Part shown: in pieces, positions 46,819 through 61,000 of the stretch | How the letters are laid out: each line of letters opens with the position of its first letter | Numbering within the stretch: position 1 is the stretch's first letter | Assembly: GCA_964057225.1 (NCBI GenBank) | Contig: OZ059896.1 | Span: forward strand, 17,236,001 to 17,300,000 | Length of the DNA stretch: 64,000 nucleotides | Reading direction: 5' to 3' | Source: Auanema rhodensis | Taxonomy: Eukaryota; Animalia; Nematoda | Program-made: the position numbers and the translations under genes | Notes under the pieces: generated by a model | The model's database searches: none | What the model was told of the DNA's origin: nothing | Seen by the model: only the letters and a program-made list of their open reading frames with translations

Positions 46819-49581
46819 TTAAAGAAGATCATCTGGAATGGCTGATCCCTTTCTGGAAAATGATCGAAGAGATCCCGTATCAAAAGAGTGACTAACACTC
46901 AGATATGTGCGAGATATTCTGAAATTAATAAAAACCATATAATATATGTTATTCTATAGCAAACATATATAATTCTATTAATGAATAATAATAATATCAA
47001 AATATAAAATAGAAAGTTAGTCACACCAAAGCAAACAAATTATTAGAAATGCTTTCTGATTAGCTAGCATCAAATGGATTAAACAAGCAATGGAGATGAT
47101 GTGACAAACCTTCGTAGATCTTTCCACACTTGCCTAGTATTTCGTCGTTCTTGATGAGCTAACAATAGTTCGTTTGGTCCTTCTGTCTCTGACAGTGACG
47201 CTCGTGAATCACCCACATCTTCATCATCATCCTGTAAAATTGAAATGAATATAGTTTTTCTATACTATACAGTTTATGCTTTACTATACCTTTACGATAA
47301 CATAGTAAGCTGTTAAGAGTGCAGCACAATTTGCTGCAATGGAGATGATGGAGAGTATTGGCTGCATATGACCACTGGATACAGCCAGAATATTTACTGC
47401 AAATACGTTGAGTTATTCGATGAATTATGTTGGTTCTCTGAGCGTTGTCAGCAGAATATTGTGTGACTTACATAGTCTATTATTCTCAAAATGATTTATA
47501 GTCAAGCTTAAGGTTGTAATAAATGCTGAAGGTACTTGAACTATTAAAAAACTTATGGTAACCGTTGTTATCAATATTCGTGTTTGATCTCGTGGAGTAC
47601 GACCAAAGCGATTACTGCAATAGATAATACATGAAAACTATATTTCAAGTAATTGCTTCAAAACATTTAGAAAGAATAAAACTGACTGTCGATTAAGTGA
47701 TCCCATATCAATTTCCGGTTCACGAATAAATCCTACATGCAGAAGTGAGAGAAGAAAGCCGGGTATTAAGAATTGGACTACAAAATCAGCTAATGGTAGG
47801 AAAATCTAAAATTTTATTTCCTTATTGCTGAACATTTTGAGAATTCAAAAAGCAATATATGAATGAGGAAGAGAAGAGTATTACCTTCCAAAAAGACCTA
47901 TGTCCTATATTCATCAATGCTCCATCACGTATCATACATCGTGAAGCCCATTGAGCCGTTGGTTCGGTATCTTCAAAAATAGAATTTGTCAAAGATTAAA
48001 ATCAAAATCTAAAAAAAGATGGAAAATATTTAAACAAAGAAACTCACCCATACAGAATTGATATACAGTTGTATCATGCTCGAAGAAACGTAGAATACCC
48101 AATGTAATGCAAATGAAGATGATAGCCCATATTGCACGAGAAAAACGTTCAATCGTTCGTAACTTCAAGGTATTTCGATGATATTGAGTTAAAAACCTAA
48201 AATATTCAAATTAATTTTTATTTTATTATGTTATTCATGCCTTGCTGCAGCTAGAAGAACCCCAAACAACGTCATCATCGTATCAACGGTATGTGGTATT
48301 ACTTCCATAGATGATCGAAATAGATGACACATAGCAACGGATTGATTTAGAGATCTAAAATTAGGAATATTAGACATTTCAATTTAAAAATGGATTGATA
48401 TTTTGAAATCTAAAACACACACACAGCCGATTACATAACTATTCAATATATAAATAAATCATATTTTGATGAAAACACGTAATCACGCCATTCTAATAAT
48501 ATAAAAATTGATGTTTAAACTCAAATAAGTTCGTTAAAACCTGAGTACTTCCTTGTTTAAGCTAATTTGAAATCATTTTCATTAATTTTATTCATTAAAT
48601 CATCTTATTAACTATACTATAGCTATATATATATAGAGAGAGAGAGAGAAAGAGAGAAAGAGAAAGCTATAGTATGTTGTTTAGTTTAAAATTTCAATTA
48701 ATAACCTAGTGCCATCTCCGATGATATAATACCAAACTGTGAATGGCATAGGTGATAAAACACTTATCCAGCCACATGTTGCCAGTAGCCATATCATCTG
48801 ATGTAATGGATTTGGCTAAAAATAAAAAATAAATATAAATATTACATGAGAATCGTAAAATAATGAAAAGAAACTAACATATCTTCGATCACCATCACGT
48901 TTTTCTCTTTTGCCCATTCCTAGCATAACAGCACATAAGGGTGCAATGAGTGTAAGCAATAGCATTGGATATACAAATCCATAAACAACCTATTCAATTA
49001 ATTATTTATTTTTTTATATTCATAAAAATTTTCAAAAAAACTGCTGCAAGTTTAACTTACCATATGTGACCATCCATTGTTTAAACGACCAAACATAAAG
49101 CTAACATTCAATGATACTTCACATCTTTTTCGTGGGAAATCATAGAAGAATCCATCACCACAACAACATTTTGAAGCCTGGAATAGATTGAACATAGACT
49201 TCATAGAACAAGAAAAATTGAATAAAGTCATTATTCGTCATTACCCGTTGATCTTCAGTTGCACATTGATCAGAAGGCAAAATTGAGATGTTATGTATTC
49301 GAAGATCTTCATCACCATCAATAATCGTCAGGTGCATTGAACCAACATCAAACTTGAAAACTTTAATTTTACGTAGAAAATACAAAAAAAAAACAAAAAG
49401 AGACGCATTCAAATGAATTTATATAGAAGATACATACTTGCCAGTGAAATGGCTGAAAGTATCAGACAATTTGTTATAAAGTGGATAGATTCATAAGTAC
49501 CCCCAGATATATCTATGTACATATAAGCATTTGAGGATTGAGGGTGGACTGGCTGCATTTAGAGATCGGAAACTGAACATT
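46819..49581 (-). CDS. Class A 7TM GPCR, sex-peptide-receptor-related (SPRR-like); 5' end uncertain
   Basis: Seven hydrophobic segments: [23 protein letters not shown]; [24 protein letters not shown]; [33 protein letters not shown]; [19 protein letters not shown]; [18 protein letters not shown]; [21 protein letters not shown]; [20 protein letters not shown]. The TM2-TM3 pattern resembles the SPR/MIP receptor family. Confidence 0.8.
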
Positions 49582-52383
49582 CATCTTGTGTTGCATATGA
49601 ATATGGTCTATGTAGCTCGTTTGGTGAATTATAGGTTAAAAAAGGCATCACTATATATAGTTAATGATAAATTTTTAACCTAAAAATACAAATTTTTTTA
49701 TGAAAATATATCTTTAAACATCAAAAATGTAGGTTTTATGTTAAGTTTTGTAATAATAAGGATAAAAGTGTACTATGTAGACTACTTTTAGACACATTTG
49801 AAAAAAAAAGTTTTTTTTTAAATATACTTTGTGATCTACTAATTGAGATGTTGCGAATTGTAACTCCCTCTCATCACCATATCTCTCTCTTTCTCTCTCT
49901 CTCTCGCTCGCTCTCTCTCTAGCTTTCCTTATATCTCATTCTCTGTTCCCTTTCTTTTCTATATAAATCTCTCCATATTTATTCTTCTAACTTGCTCTCT
50001 AATTCTCTCTATATCTCTATGTTAATTTGGAGTTTCAAGTTCTTATGGAAATGCCATATAGATTCACAACATAAGGCTGATGATGTCATTGTCCGAGGGA
50101 ACTACAAATTAAACTTGCTGTCAAAACTAGAAAGATGTAAGTATAAGAGTGTCAGATATAGAAAGATGATGTCTAATGTGTAAAACTAACAAAAAGCTTT
50201 TGAATTTTTTCCGGAAATTATGTTCCGGTTAATATGCCTATTCTACTTAAATTTTTCGAAAAAAGAAGAAGTTAAAGGCTTAAAATTTGAAAATTTATAA
50301 ATAATATACAATATGATATTCATAAATTGCAGATATTTTGATCTTAATAAAGTAAAAGTGAACTTATTGGCCTATGAAACGGATTGATTTTCCAAAGGTT
50401 TAGAAAGGATAATTTAGGATTTTGATAAGTACATATACGATTTAGATGATGATGATGTATTGATATTATCAATAAAATGATTATAATTCTATTTAAAAAT
50501 AAAAAAAATTGCTGTGTGTAGAAGCAAACAACTCTTAAGGTTCTGCTCTGGTTACAAATCTAAAGCAGGGATTATGTGTAAATTGAAGAAAAAGTGAAGG
50601 ATTACTCAAGACGATCAAGACATTTGTGATATTTTCGTCGTAATGAGCAATGGTCATTCAGTTTTCGTTGTTTTTTTCTGTCATTTATTTGATATTTATA
50701 ATCAGCATTAGGAACAAGTTGATATATAGTATGATACAGATGTTATAACAACGTTTTTTCTGGATATACATAGCTTGTCAACGAAATGTCAAAAGTTCCG
50801 TCAAAACGTGAAATAGTGTAGGTAGATGGCCTTAAATGGGTTAAAAAGAGTAATCCTTTTTAGGATGATACATGAGTGATAGGCGAGGTTTTGCTGCAAA
50901 TTAAAATTCTGGCAAAGAGGTAGACATGGATGAGAGTAAGATAGAATGAAGTTGAGAAAAAGAACTAGATGAACAGAATTTGTATGAGAATGAGAGCATA
51001 GCGGGATGAGCAACAGCGTGGAGATCGGTGAGAGCTAACGCAATATGAGTAATCGAAAAAAATGGTTGATAATCCTCAAAAATATTTTTTTATCATTTGA
51101 ATTCTATTTGAGTGAATCAATCGTCTACAATTCTTGAATTAGGTTTGATGAATAGAATGAATAGAGTGCAACTTGCCTGAAGTTGACTCAAGCCCATGGA
51201 AAATCTCTGAAATTGACATTTTCACAGAGATGATCATGATATGGAAAGATTAAAAAAATATTAAAATAGCGCTGAGATAAAATAAAAATAAAATCGGAAA
51301 TGAACAGAAGAATCTGAATAAATAGCACGTCGAAGGAGAATATCAAAAATCTTTCCTATCATATTAACGTCAGAGATAGAAGCATTATGAGCTGCCAGAA
51401 CAACCCATTCTATCAGGAATTTATCTGATGATGTCAAAATCAAAGAGATTATAAATTAAGGATAGCAAAAGAGTAGAAAAAGCGACCAGCTGGACGATGG
51501 AACAAAATATTTTCTACGAGTTTTTTATAATCTGAGTTGCCATTTTTTTCCTGTTAGGTGTGTATGAATATATTCAACGTCATCTTTAAATATATTTGTG
51601 TAAAATAACATTAATTCAATAATTATTAGTAGACATTAACATAAATTAATTTTTATGCATAATTATTGAATAAAAATATAGAAATATAGAGAGAAGAGAG
51701 AATGAGCTATGAGATTCGGAATGAAATCAGATCTATTCATTGCGAGTAAAGAGAGACTACTACAAGTCTCTTGGAATCTTGCACATTACTATTAAATGTT
51801 ATAATAAATAAATAAATATTTTCCCACAGCTATTCTGTACATGATGAGTACGTTCAGATTAAACGAGTATCAGTTAGGCGAGCTTTCAGCAAGCAGTTCA
51901 AATCAGAAAATTAACTGAAAAAGAATGCATCTAAAGTCTCAAATGCAGGCATCGACTAAACAAATTAGATAAGACTAAGATATTTTTCTGTATATTGCTT
52001 TGAGATAAGAAAACTACTTCAGAACGTTGTACAAGAACATTAAATTCCATATTTTCAACCTAAATATTCTATATGTATGTTGGTGCTAAAAAAACTATAA
52101 TATAATCAATGGCATTAGATAATTATCATTGAACATGAAATAAGATATTTTTTCAACTTAGAGTAGAAGCTAATTTGAAAAAAAAAACTTTATTAGAACA
52201 TAATGGGGCCAATACTATGAACTATCGTGATAACCAAATTATTATTTTGCATCATTAGCATATTAAATAATTTCATTTTTATTTACATGCTTCAGCAATT
52301 CGGTTGCATTTTATTCAATTCTCAAACTCTACGACTCGCTTAAGGTGTTATGTTTAGTTAAGGAATCATGAAAGTTTCAGTAG

Positions 52384-53886
52384 TCACAAATATGAAACTA
52401 TGAAAATAAAAAAAGTTGAAGAGGCAAGAAGTTTGAAACGAGATGAAACATGGTAAAAAAAAGAATAGAAGGATAGAGATGGAAGCAGGCAACAGATCGA
52501 GCATGAGTTGAAGATAACCCACAAAAGCCTTGAGGATGAGCGACACCCAGAGTCGGATTCCCAAGTTGAGACCCGGATGGGGTCAAATGGCGCTCGAATG
52601 CAGCGACATCCGACAATCTCATTAGGAGTAAAAGATCCGACGGAAGGCAAAGAAGATTCAGAAAAGATAGAGGATGATACTGGGAAAAGAAATAAATACC
52701 AGATAACAATTTGATCATAAAGATGAAAAATTGATCAAATTCACCGAAGTTTCAGCTTGAGTCAAGTCATTGAATGGGTTTATAGAAGAGGCTTATTATC
52801 AAAGTTCGTTCAAGTTTAGAGATCATTAGGTTTGTTAGTCAAACTGAATAGCGACCTTCAGAATGAATGGGGAAATTTTGCTGAGTTTAAAGAGCAGATG
52901 ATATATCAATTTGTTCAAAATCTGGTTAATATGAAATACCAAAAGAGGATAGAGAGGGAAGAGAGAGAGAAGGGAGAAAAACATATATGTATATGAAGCA
53001 ATGGATATAAAAAGAAAAAAAGAGAAAAAGAATTAAGCATAGATCGTAGATAACCAAGAAGAAAACGATATAACACACTAGACATTAAGTAACTATCGAC
53101 ATCAGTAAGAACCAATGATGAAGTCCACATATACCAAGACTGAGAATTTCCAAAAAGTTATATCTGTTCGCAACAATTTGTTTCAAAATTGTTAATAAGT
53201 TTAATTAAAATAAGTAGGAAGGAAAAATGTTGAGAGAAAGAACAGTGATTCTTTCTCAAGCCGTGATAAAAAATCATATTTCTTGAGAATATAACAAAGT
53301 AAAGATAATGAAATTTCATAATTCTACAAAGTAGCTTTTCATAGCCTGATGTCTTCTTCGCCTTCTCGTGTCAAAGCCACGTTTTGTTTTAATTACTTCC
53401 GTATGTAGTTCTTGGAGAGGTCCGCATCCTCTGAAGTGTAAGCGGCATGTCTTCATGATCGAGACTACCACTAAAAATTCAAAAAGACATAATAATTAAA
53501 CTACAGGATAGACATTGTGTAGTTATAATTGGTGAATGTTGTCACTTCACTATAAACATATTCAATGAACAAAATCTCTACGACTGTGCTTTAGAATAAA
53601 GGAAACAGCAATGAGAAATGTGCTAAAAGTATAATGACGAATTTCAAGAAAATACTTTTTAAATTGATATTTTATTGCAAAGCCCGTCGTTTATAAACAT
53701 TTGAAGAATGATGACAGTAGTGAAAATATGACAGATAAGCCCGATATAATAAAATCTATGAATATTAGATAGAAGGTAAGTAGAAAGATGGAGCAAAAGA
53801 GATTAGAAGACATATGAAAGGATTAACAGAATCCAGGGAACACAATCCTCTGTATAACTGCCATTATATAACAAGTCTGTGGCCAT
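52384..53886 (-). CDS. Hypothetical small three-exon protein (about 140 aa)
   Basis: ATG 53886 right after tttttcctccag. Phase-compatible GT-AG exons 53828-53886, 53397-53470 and 52384-52679 give MATDLLYNGSYTEDCVPWILGSLDHEDMPLTLQRMRTSPRTTYGISSSIFSESSLPSVGSFTPNEIVGCRCIRAPFDP... with a hydrophobic, Cys-containing tail. No family recognised. Confidence 0.3.
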
Positions 53887-54016
53887 TCTGGAGGAAAAAA
53901 AAAATGAAAAAGCAATTAGTAGTAAGTATATATATATATATTTTTCGTATACATTTGAATTATAATTTAAAGGATACGAAGAGTTAATAACGAATTTTTG
54001 AGTGACAAGCAATCTT

Positions 54017-56968
54017 TTATCCTCGGTGATACGTGGGATGAGCACCACACATTCCTTGTAATTCGCTCACTGAGTGACAAGTGCTGAAAACATTTTTTTC
54101 AAATTCATCATATGCAAATGAAAAAAAAATTATTTGGGCTCTCAATGGCGCATACAACTGACCGGCAACTCTTTCTGCAGTTTTCTTGCATGAATTCTAG
54201 CCAACAGAGTCCGCGGGATGAGTAGAGAGGGCATTGAGTGGCGAAATCAGAACAAGCTGAAAACAAAATATCATTTCCATTCATAGAATTCGGAAATCGT
54301 TGTTGAAATCGTCCTGATAGAAATTATAGAAATGCTCACAATTGTTATCGTTGTATGGAGTACATACGCAAGAAGCTTGGCACATCTTGTGCATAATCGA
54401 CATCTTAGCTTGACAACTGAAATGGGTGAAATGCGACACAGTTAACTATTTTTGAAACACATACCCTCCGTTTTGAGCCCAAACACGACAGCACTTATTC
54501 TCGTTGAAGCACTTTCCAGTCTTGCCGATGTTATGTGAAGGCATAGGAGGATGTGGAACAGGTCTGGGTGCATCAAATGCTAAAGATTCTACTAAGTTAC
54601 TATTCCGATATGAGCTTTACCTGGTTGCGAGGAAGGTGAGCTAACGGTAGCATGAGAATCTCCACAAGCCTGAGCTCTAGTAGAGGAGCACATTCCACAT
54701 TCTCTTCTACAGTTCTCAGCCATCCAATCAGCATGATTGCTACATGCTCCTTCTTTCTTGTATAATTTACAGAGCTTGTGACGGTTGACGCAAGCTGAAG
54801 TTGGCGAATATGATAACAATTTCAACAAAATTCACTAACTATCTTGTAGTTTGTAATCGGTTGGTTTACATTGGCCACAACTAGCTGGACAAGCTACAGA
54901 CATAACGGCAGCGAACTGCTTCTTCTTACATTCGCCCTTGGCAGCCCAACTAGCGCAACATGGATGATTATTATAACAACGCTAAAATTATAACCTTTAG
55001 CATTGAATCCTGAATACATAGCAAACCTCCTCAGATTTATAATTTACAACTGGATATTTGTTAATAGGTTTGTGAGTATCTCTCTGTAACAATTTCAACG
55101 TCGTACGACTTCTGGACAAACTTACAGCTGGAGCGCGACAATTTCCGAATTGTGTTTGACTTGTGCTACTGCAAACACTTTCGAAACAAGGATCAATATC
55201 TAAATATATTTTTGCAAAACAATAAATTTAGGTTTGTCTTACTTCCAACTCTGCGGCAAAGTCCGCCTGGCTTTATCTTAGAAACACAACGACGTAAGTT
55301 GGGGTTACAGAAAAGATACCTAAATGAATATCAAATTATTACGTACACGTCTTTGCAACATACTTTGATCCTCCACAATTATTTGGATCATTTCCACAGA
55401 CTGGTCTATCTTCATAATCATAGAGTTCGTCAGTATAGAGATTACTTAGTCCATCCTCAACAACAAAAAGTCTGAAAGGTAATGCGTCGAATTCACTCTA
55501 GGAAACAATAAGTACCTGAAAGGAGTTAACACAGCATTGATTCGATGGTTGTTGTTGTAGCAATTGGTACGGGTATTGTATTGAGTATCACGTTGATTTC
55601 TTGTCTGTCAAGTATTTTATGTATCACTTTCATGTTTTCAAATGTATGTAGATACCTGTCTTAATTGGCGATAATCTTCCCAAACTTTGTCAACATAAGC
55701 ATGGTGAAGGAAAAAGATAGGATCGTTAGTTGAAGTGGTAGTAGTTTCCATATGTCCACCAACCCAAACGTGAACATCACCATGTCTAAACTCGAGTGCT
55801 GATCTATTGTAATTACAAGACTGAAAAATGCAAAAATTAACAAAAATTCTACAATCTTAAAATACCGCAAGACTTCCTCCAGAAGTAGCGGCCAGAACGT
55901 TCTCAACTTGGTGATAACGGACAGTATCCATCATATCTTGGTAACGGAAAACAGTAGTCTGTCCATTCCATTGATCAAGACGTCTACGCACGCTTCCCTA
56001 AAAATGTATTTAATTACATTCGGTTCTGGATTCATGAAGAACCTGAGTTCCGGAGAATCCTCCAAAAAGACCATCATTTAGAATGCCGTTAAGAACTGAG
56101 CCCATCAATTCATTTGAGAACATAACTAAAACACCGTTGATAAATATAAAAACTCAATTTAACATACTTGAATTAGATGGAGAATTGCTAATGCTAAGTC
56201 GAATATCATCATCAAGAGTGGAATCCCAGTATGGCAAAGCCATATTAGCATATGGATAACGTCCGTTTACTTGAATAGTACGAACACCAATTTCTAATCT
56301 CTTAATAAACTCTCTGTGCCATGGTAAGAACGCTGGTCCAGAGTGAGCACCAGGAGATGTTGAGGTACTTGAATGCCACCCAGACAATGTACGATAAATT
56401 CCATTAGTACCGGCAATAGAACGGAAAGCAGATGCATATCTAATATTAAATGAAATAATGTGGAAAATAATAATTTTTCTCTTACGCGTTTCTTTCGTCA
56501 TCGGACAACATACGGAATTCTCTACGTCTAACTTTACGCATGACTTGACCATCTCTCAAACGACAACCAGCAGATGAGTAGGAAGCTCCTGAACAATGGT
56601 AAAAACAAAGATTTTAAAACAAATAATATTGAACCTTCCATGAAGTTGCAAATGCATTGAATAGTCAAACAATCATAAACATCGGAAGGTAAGGCTGGTC
56701 CATTGGCAGCTAAAACTGGACCAGCACCTAAGCCTCCAATTGATGGCAGTCTGCTAGTCGAGAATATGGGATCAATTTTCTGTAAACCAAATACAGTTTA
56801 CTGATCAGATGATAATATTCAAACCTTTGACATAATTTCCCAGTTGTTAATATTATTACAAGTCAGCTTCTCTGCAGGTGTTAAGTCTCCTGCTAAACAA
56901 GCTGCAGATTGAGCTCGCACAGAGCTCAAGTAAGACACACATAACGCGAGCCCAAGTAGAAGTCGCAT
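54017..56968 (-). CDS. Secreted tyrosinase (type-3 copper) with four C-terminal ShK domains, nematode tyr family
   Basis: Signal peptide MRLLLGLALCVSYLSSVRAQ; CuA WH..SPGAHSGPAFLPWHREFIKRLE; LPYWDSTLD; CuB LEFRHGDVHVWVGGHM..STNDPIFFLHHAYVDKVWE; four ShK-type Cys modules such as CVNRHKLCKLYKKEGACSNHADWMAENCRRECGMC. Confidence 0.93.
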
Positions 56969-58034
56969 ACCCTATAAGAAAACGATAAATTAAAATTAAA
57001 CAAACATCAGCGCTCAAGCAATTCGACAAAAGGCGCATAGTGACGAAGTGACTGAGTTTTAAGGCATTATAAGAACAGCGGGCGTAAAAACAGCTTTAAC
57101 TTTGATTAATTGGTTGTAGTAAAAGATCTGCTTCACGCACGTAGCCAGTAGCTGATAAGTTGTCTGATACGGTAACAAAGTCTCCTCGGTCCAATGGTTT
57201 CCATAGTTGACATACTTAGGCTTGACCTACTAACATCAATGAAAGCTCGCAGTGAGATACATGATATCTCGGGCTTATCTGTCTCAAAGAAACGATAGTA
57301 ATATATGATAAACGAATTACTTACTTCTTTTAGCCAGCTGTCATCACTCAATCATCGTCTGAAATTTGAGTTCCTCTTTCGTACAAATTAAAACTGATGT
57401 TAATCAGTTATGATATAATAGCGATTAGTCCGCCAAATGCCGGTCAAAAGACTGTCTATGTCTATTTTCATATCTTCCGCAACGATCTTAACTGCAAGTT
57501 AATAACTGATAATTATTAAATATACTCTGCAAAAGGATATATTAAATATCTTTAAAAGCTTCTCACACACAAACTTGAACTTTATAAAAAAACTGCTATG
57601 CTCAACCTGTCTGGTCTGTTTACTGTAAAATGAAATGAATTCACGTGAAAACCGCGAATTTAAATTTATTCACACACAATATTGGGCATAATTTTTTTTG
57701 AAAAATCTTGTGCTTTCTTGCTAATTTATTGCTCAAGAAATATATTACGAAAGAGAGCGTGATGAGGCCATATAAAACAAAATGGTATTGTATTGATCGG
57801 TTAGTTTAGTTTGTATTTTTCTTGTAAGTTCGAAAATATGTTTTATGTGCAGAAATATTTTTGTTTATTTGGTTATAGGGGGTTCAAGATGTTTGGCGAT
57901 AAAGTATTTAAAATTAGTGATTTTTTTCTGTTTCATTTTTATTAATGATACCACAACCTTTTATTTAATAGACTTCTAAATGAGTTACAAATTTTCGGTT
58001 TAGGCATACGTATACTAACACACAATATTTTTAA

Positions 58035-61000
58035 ATGTCTAAGTACGCCATTGTACTAGACAAATGCGATCAAAACCGAAAGGTGGGCAAAAAAAACAAT
58101 GCTGGGATTAAAATTAGAACCCCATTGGTTTCAGGCTTTAATATATATTTTTGGAGTCAGGCCTAATGAAGAAAACAAAGCAGTTGTATTTGATGTCCCT
58201 GATTATTTGAGGGATCGTATATCAGTTGGAGATTCTTTTGTCGAAGAAACATTGTGTGGCAGAAATGGTACTCAAAAGCTCATAAAGCCTTGTACTCCCA
58301 TTCGAAAAACTATTGCGAACTCTGCTAATAATATAAAAGTTTGCATGAAATTCGTTTTTCTCTTCCAAACTTAACATTTTTTTCAGATAAAAGCATTGTT
58401 ACATGTGCAATTACAAAAGATTAACAAACTCTCCACCATAACCAGTAATATAGTTTTTTCAAAAGATTTTGGATCTATAAAAATTCCTTCATCTCTCATA
58501 CCCACATTGAAAAAAATTTCAACGCCGAATATTTTAGCCGATATTGAAATGTTTGTGATCTTTTAAATATTTTATTTATTTAAATATTTTTTTGAAATAC
58601 AGAAATAATCGACAAGGTTGCTGGTTTTCAAATATTGTCAGTTGGCAGATAGCCGAAGACAGTACTATTTTAGAAGTGCAAAATTATCAAGAAGAGCTGG
58701 TAGGTTTAGTCTGAAACAGAAAATAAATGCTTTCGTTTTTTTTAGGACCCCCCATATAGATTAGATGAAAGTTCTTTAATTTGTGGACCATATGCAGGCG
58801 TTATTGTTGACACAACTCCAGGTGCTGGATTTATTTGGAGCCCCACTTTAGGTTAGTCCTATTTTTTTTTGATAGGTTTGAATATTTTTAGTTGCCATAA
58901 TTGAAACTAATGATAATCTTCGCCCTGGCATGTGGTATGAGTTTACAGTTAGGTATAATATGAAATCTCACAACAAATATAGTAACTATGTTTTTTTAAA
59001 GAATTGGAGAAAATTGTACAGAATTTCCAATAATGACCAAGTATTACGCACACACGTTCACCCTTTTGAAGAAACCTATACTTCCAACGATTACTCCAAA
59101 TGAGCATAAGCCAACCATATCGGTATATCGAACTAGTATATGTTTTAAAAAATTTTTATTATAGTTTGAAGTTACTGGACAGATATGTAGCAATGATAAA
59201 GAAAGATATAATTATTTAAGAACAAACCAATTAGGAAATATTTCTTGTGGATTGTCATCCTGCCCTGGAGTGTAGGATATGATTTTATTTTTCATCTTAT
59301 ACTTCAGTTCCAGTTCTTCGGTTGCTTATGGCGAAGAAGTTTGTGCTCATTTGTCATTGATCAAAAATGACACCGAATTAGCTCTTCGAATTGATCGAAT
59401 CGAAAAGGTGTTCTATCTTAGGTTTTCCTGTTTCATCTGCTCTGATTTAGACAACAGATCACGAAGTTGGAATTGTGGTCAAGAATGATAAAGGGGATCT
59501 ACGAGTTTCCGTTGGTCATTTCTTGTACACAATTGCTCCTCATACTCGGCAATTTTATGATATGATAGAGCCTGGTGATATTCTCGAGCTCCGTAGTTGG
59601 TAATACTAAAATCTATAATCTATTATGTATAATATGATTTGTTTTTTAGTTATAGAAACAGCGAAGAAAAACGTGTTTTTTCTTATTCGGTATTCGGAAA
59701 AGAGGGAGTTTCTACTATTGCAAATAATGTGTACGAGGTTGTTAATACGGTATTCCGTTTAATTAATCTTTTTTGAGTTTTAGGGTACTTTTTCACTTGT
59801 TTTCTGTACATCAATCACAATTTCGGACCAAAACTATAATCTTTTTCAAAGCACATGTGGTCTTAAATTTGTTGATTTCGGTAATAACCTTCTGAACAGT
59901 GAACAACCTCAAGTAGCTATTGTCCGATGGTAATTGTTATCAACAATTTGCAATTTAAACACCGTTTTAGGAATTCGAATACGGAAAATCCTCAGTGGCA
60001 AATATCGCTAAAAGGTTTTCATCGGGGTAACAAGCAATCTAAAACTGTTTCAACATATCAACCCCTTCAATCAGAAAATAATTTTAATAATAATAATAGA
60101 TTTTTGAAGTCAAAACCAAAACCGTAGTTGATTCTTCATTTTTTTAAAATAATTAATAGATTTCTAGCTCAGCACGGCCTGGATCCAGTGGGGAAGTTGT
60201 AACTTCTGCTAGTCATATCCGAGAGTAAATTGTTCAAATAAATTTGCAACGTTAATATTCATCTTCCAGCGTTCTAACTCATCGAGATTGTTTCTGTCAA
60301 AAACGCCTGTTTGAAGTTTTATCTAAGAAAACCCCGAATCATGAAGTGGAAAATGTAAATCTAAATCTCTCAATCATATATATGAAAGAATACACTTTGA
60401 AGGAAACATCGTATCGACAAAAATTGCTTGCTGTTGGTATGCATGAACACCAAGGAGGCATAATTGTTGTAACATTTTTTGTTTCATCCGTTTTGTGGGT
60501 TGGAACCACCTTTATCACTGCTATGTTTGGGTTTGGAATTGAAACTTGATAGAAGCTTCTAATTTATTTTTAAATATAGGCCTGGTTATGGAGAATTGCC
60601 TCGTGAATTTCAAGTTGGCAAGTGGTATCAGCAGATTTTACAAAGTATCAAGGTTTAGATAAATAAAAAAACGTTGTTAAAATGAAATTCCATTCAAGGG
60701 GATCAGAACAGAGAGACGAATAAATTTAAGAGTGAAATATGGAGAAGAATGGTCCCCTGTAGATATAGTTCCAGATGAACCTAGTATAACACATGTTATT
60801 GAAAATAATGGCTTCAGAGTAGTTAACGTATTTAATTTTTTTTCATTTTTTAAATTTAAATGCATATTATAGACTCTGATTGAATTGAAACGTTATAATA
60901 ATAAGTATGATGTTTTTGGAATTCATACTATTTTGCATAATAACACATTTGGAAATGTGATTTGTTTCGGAGAAGATCATGTGAACTATAGTACTTTATT

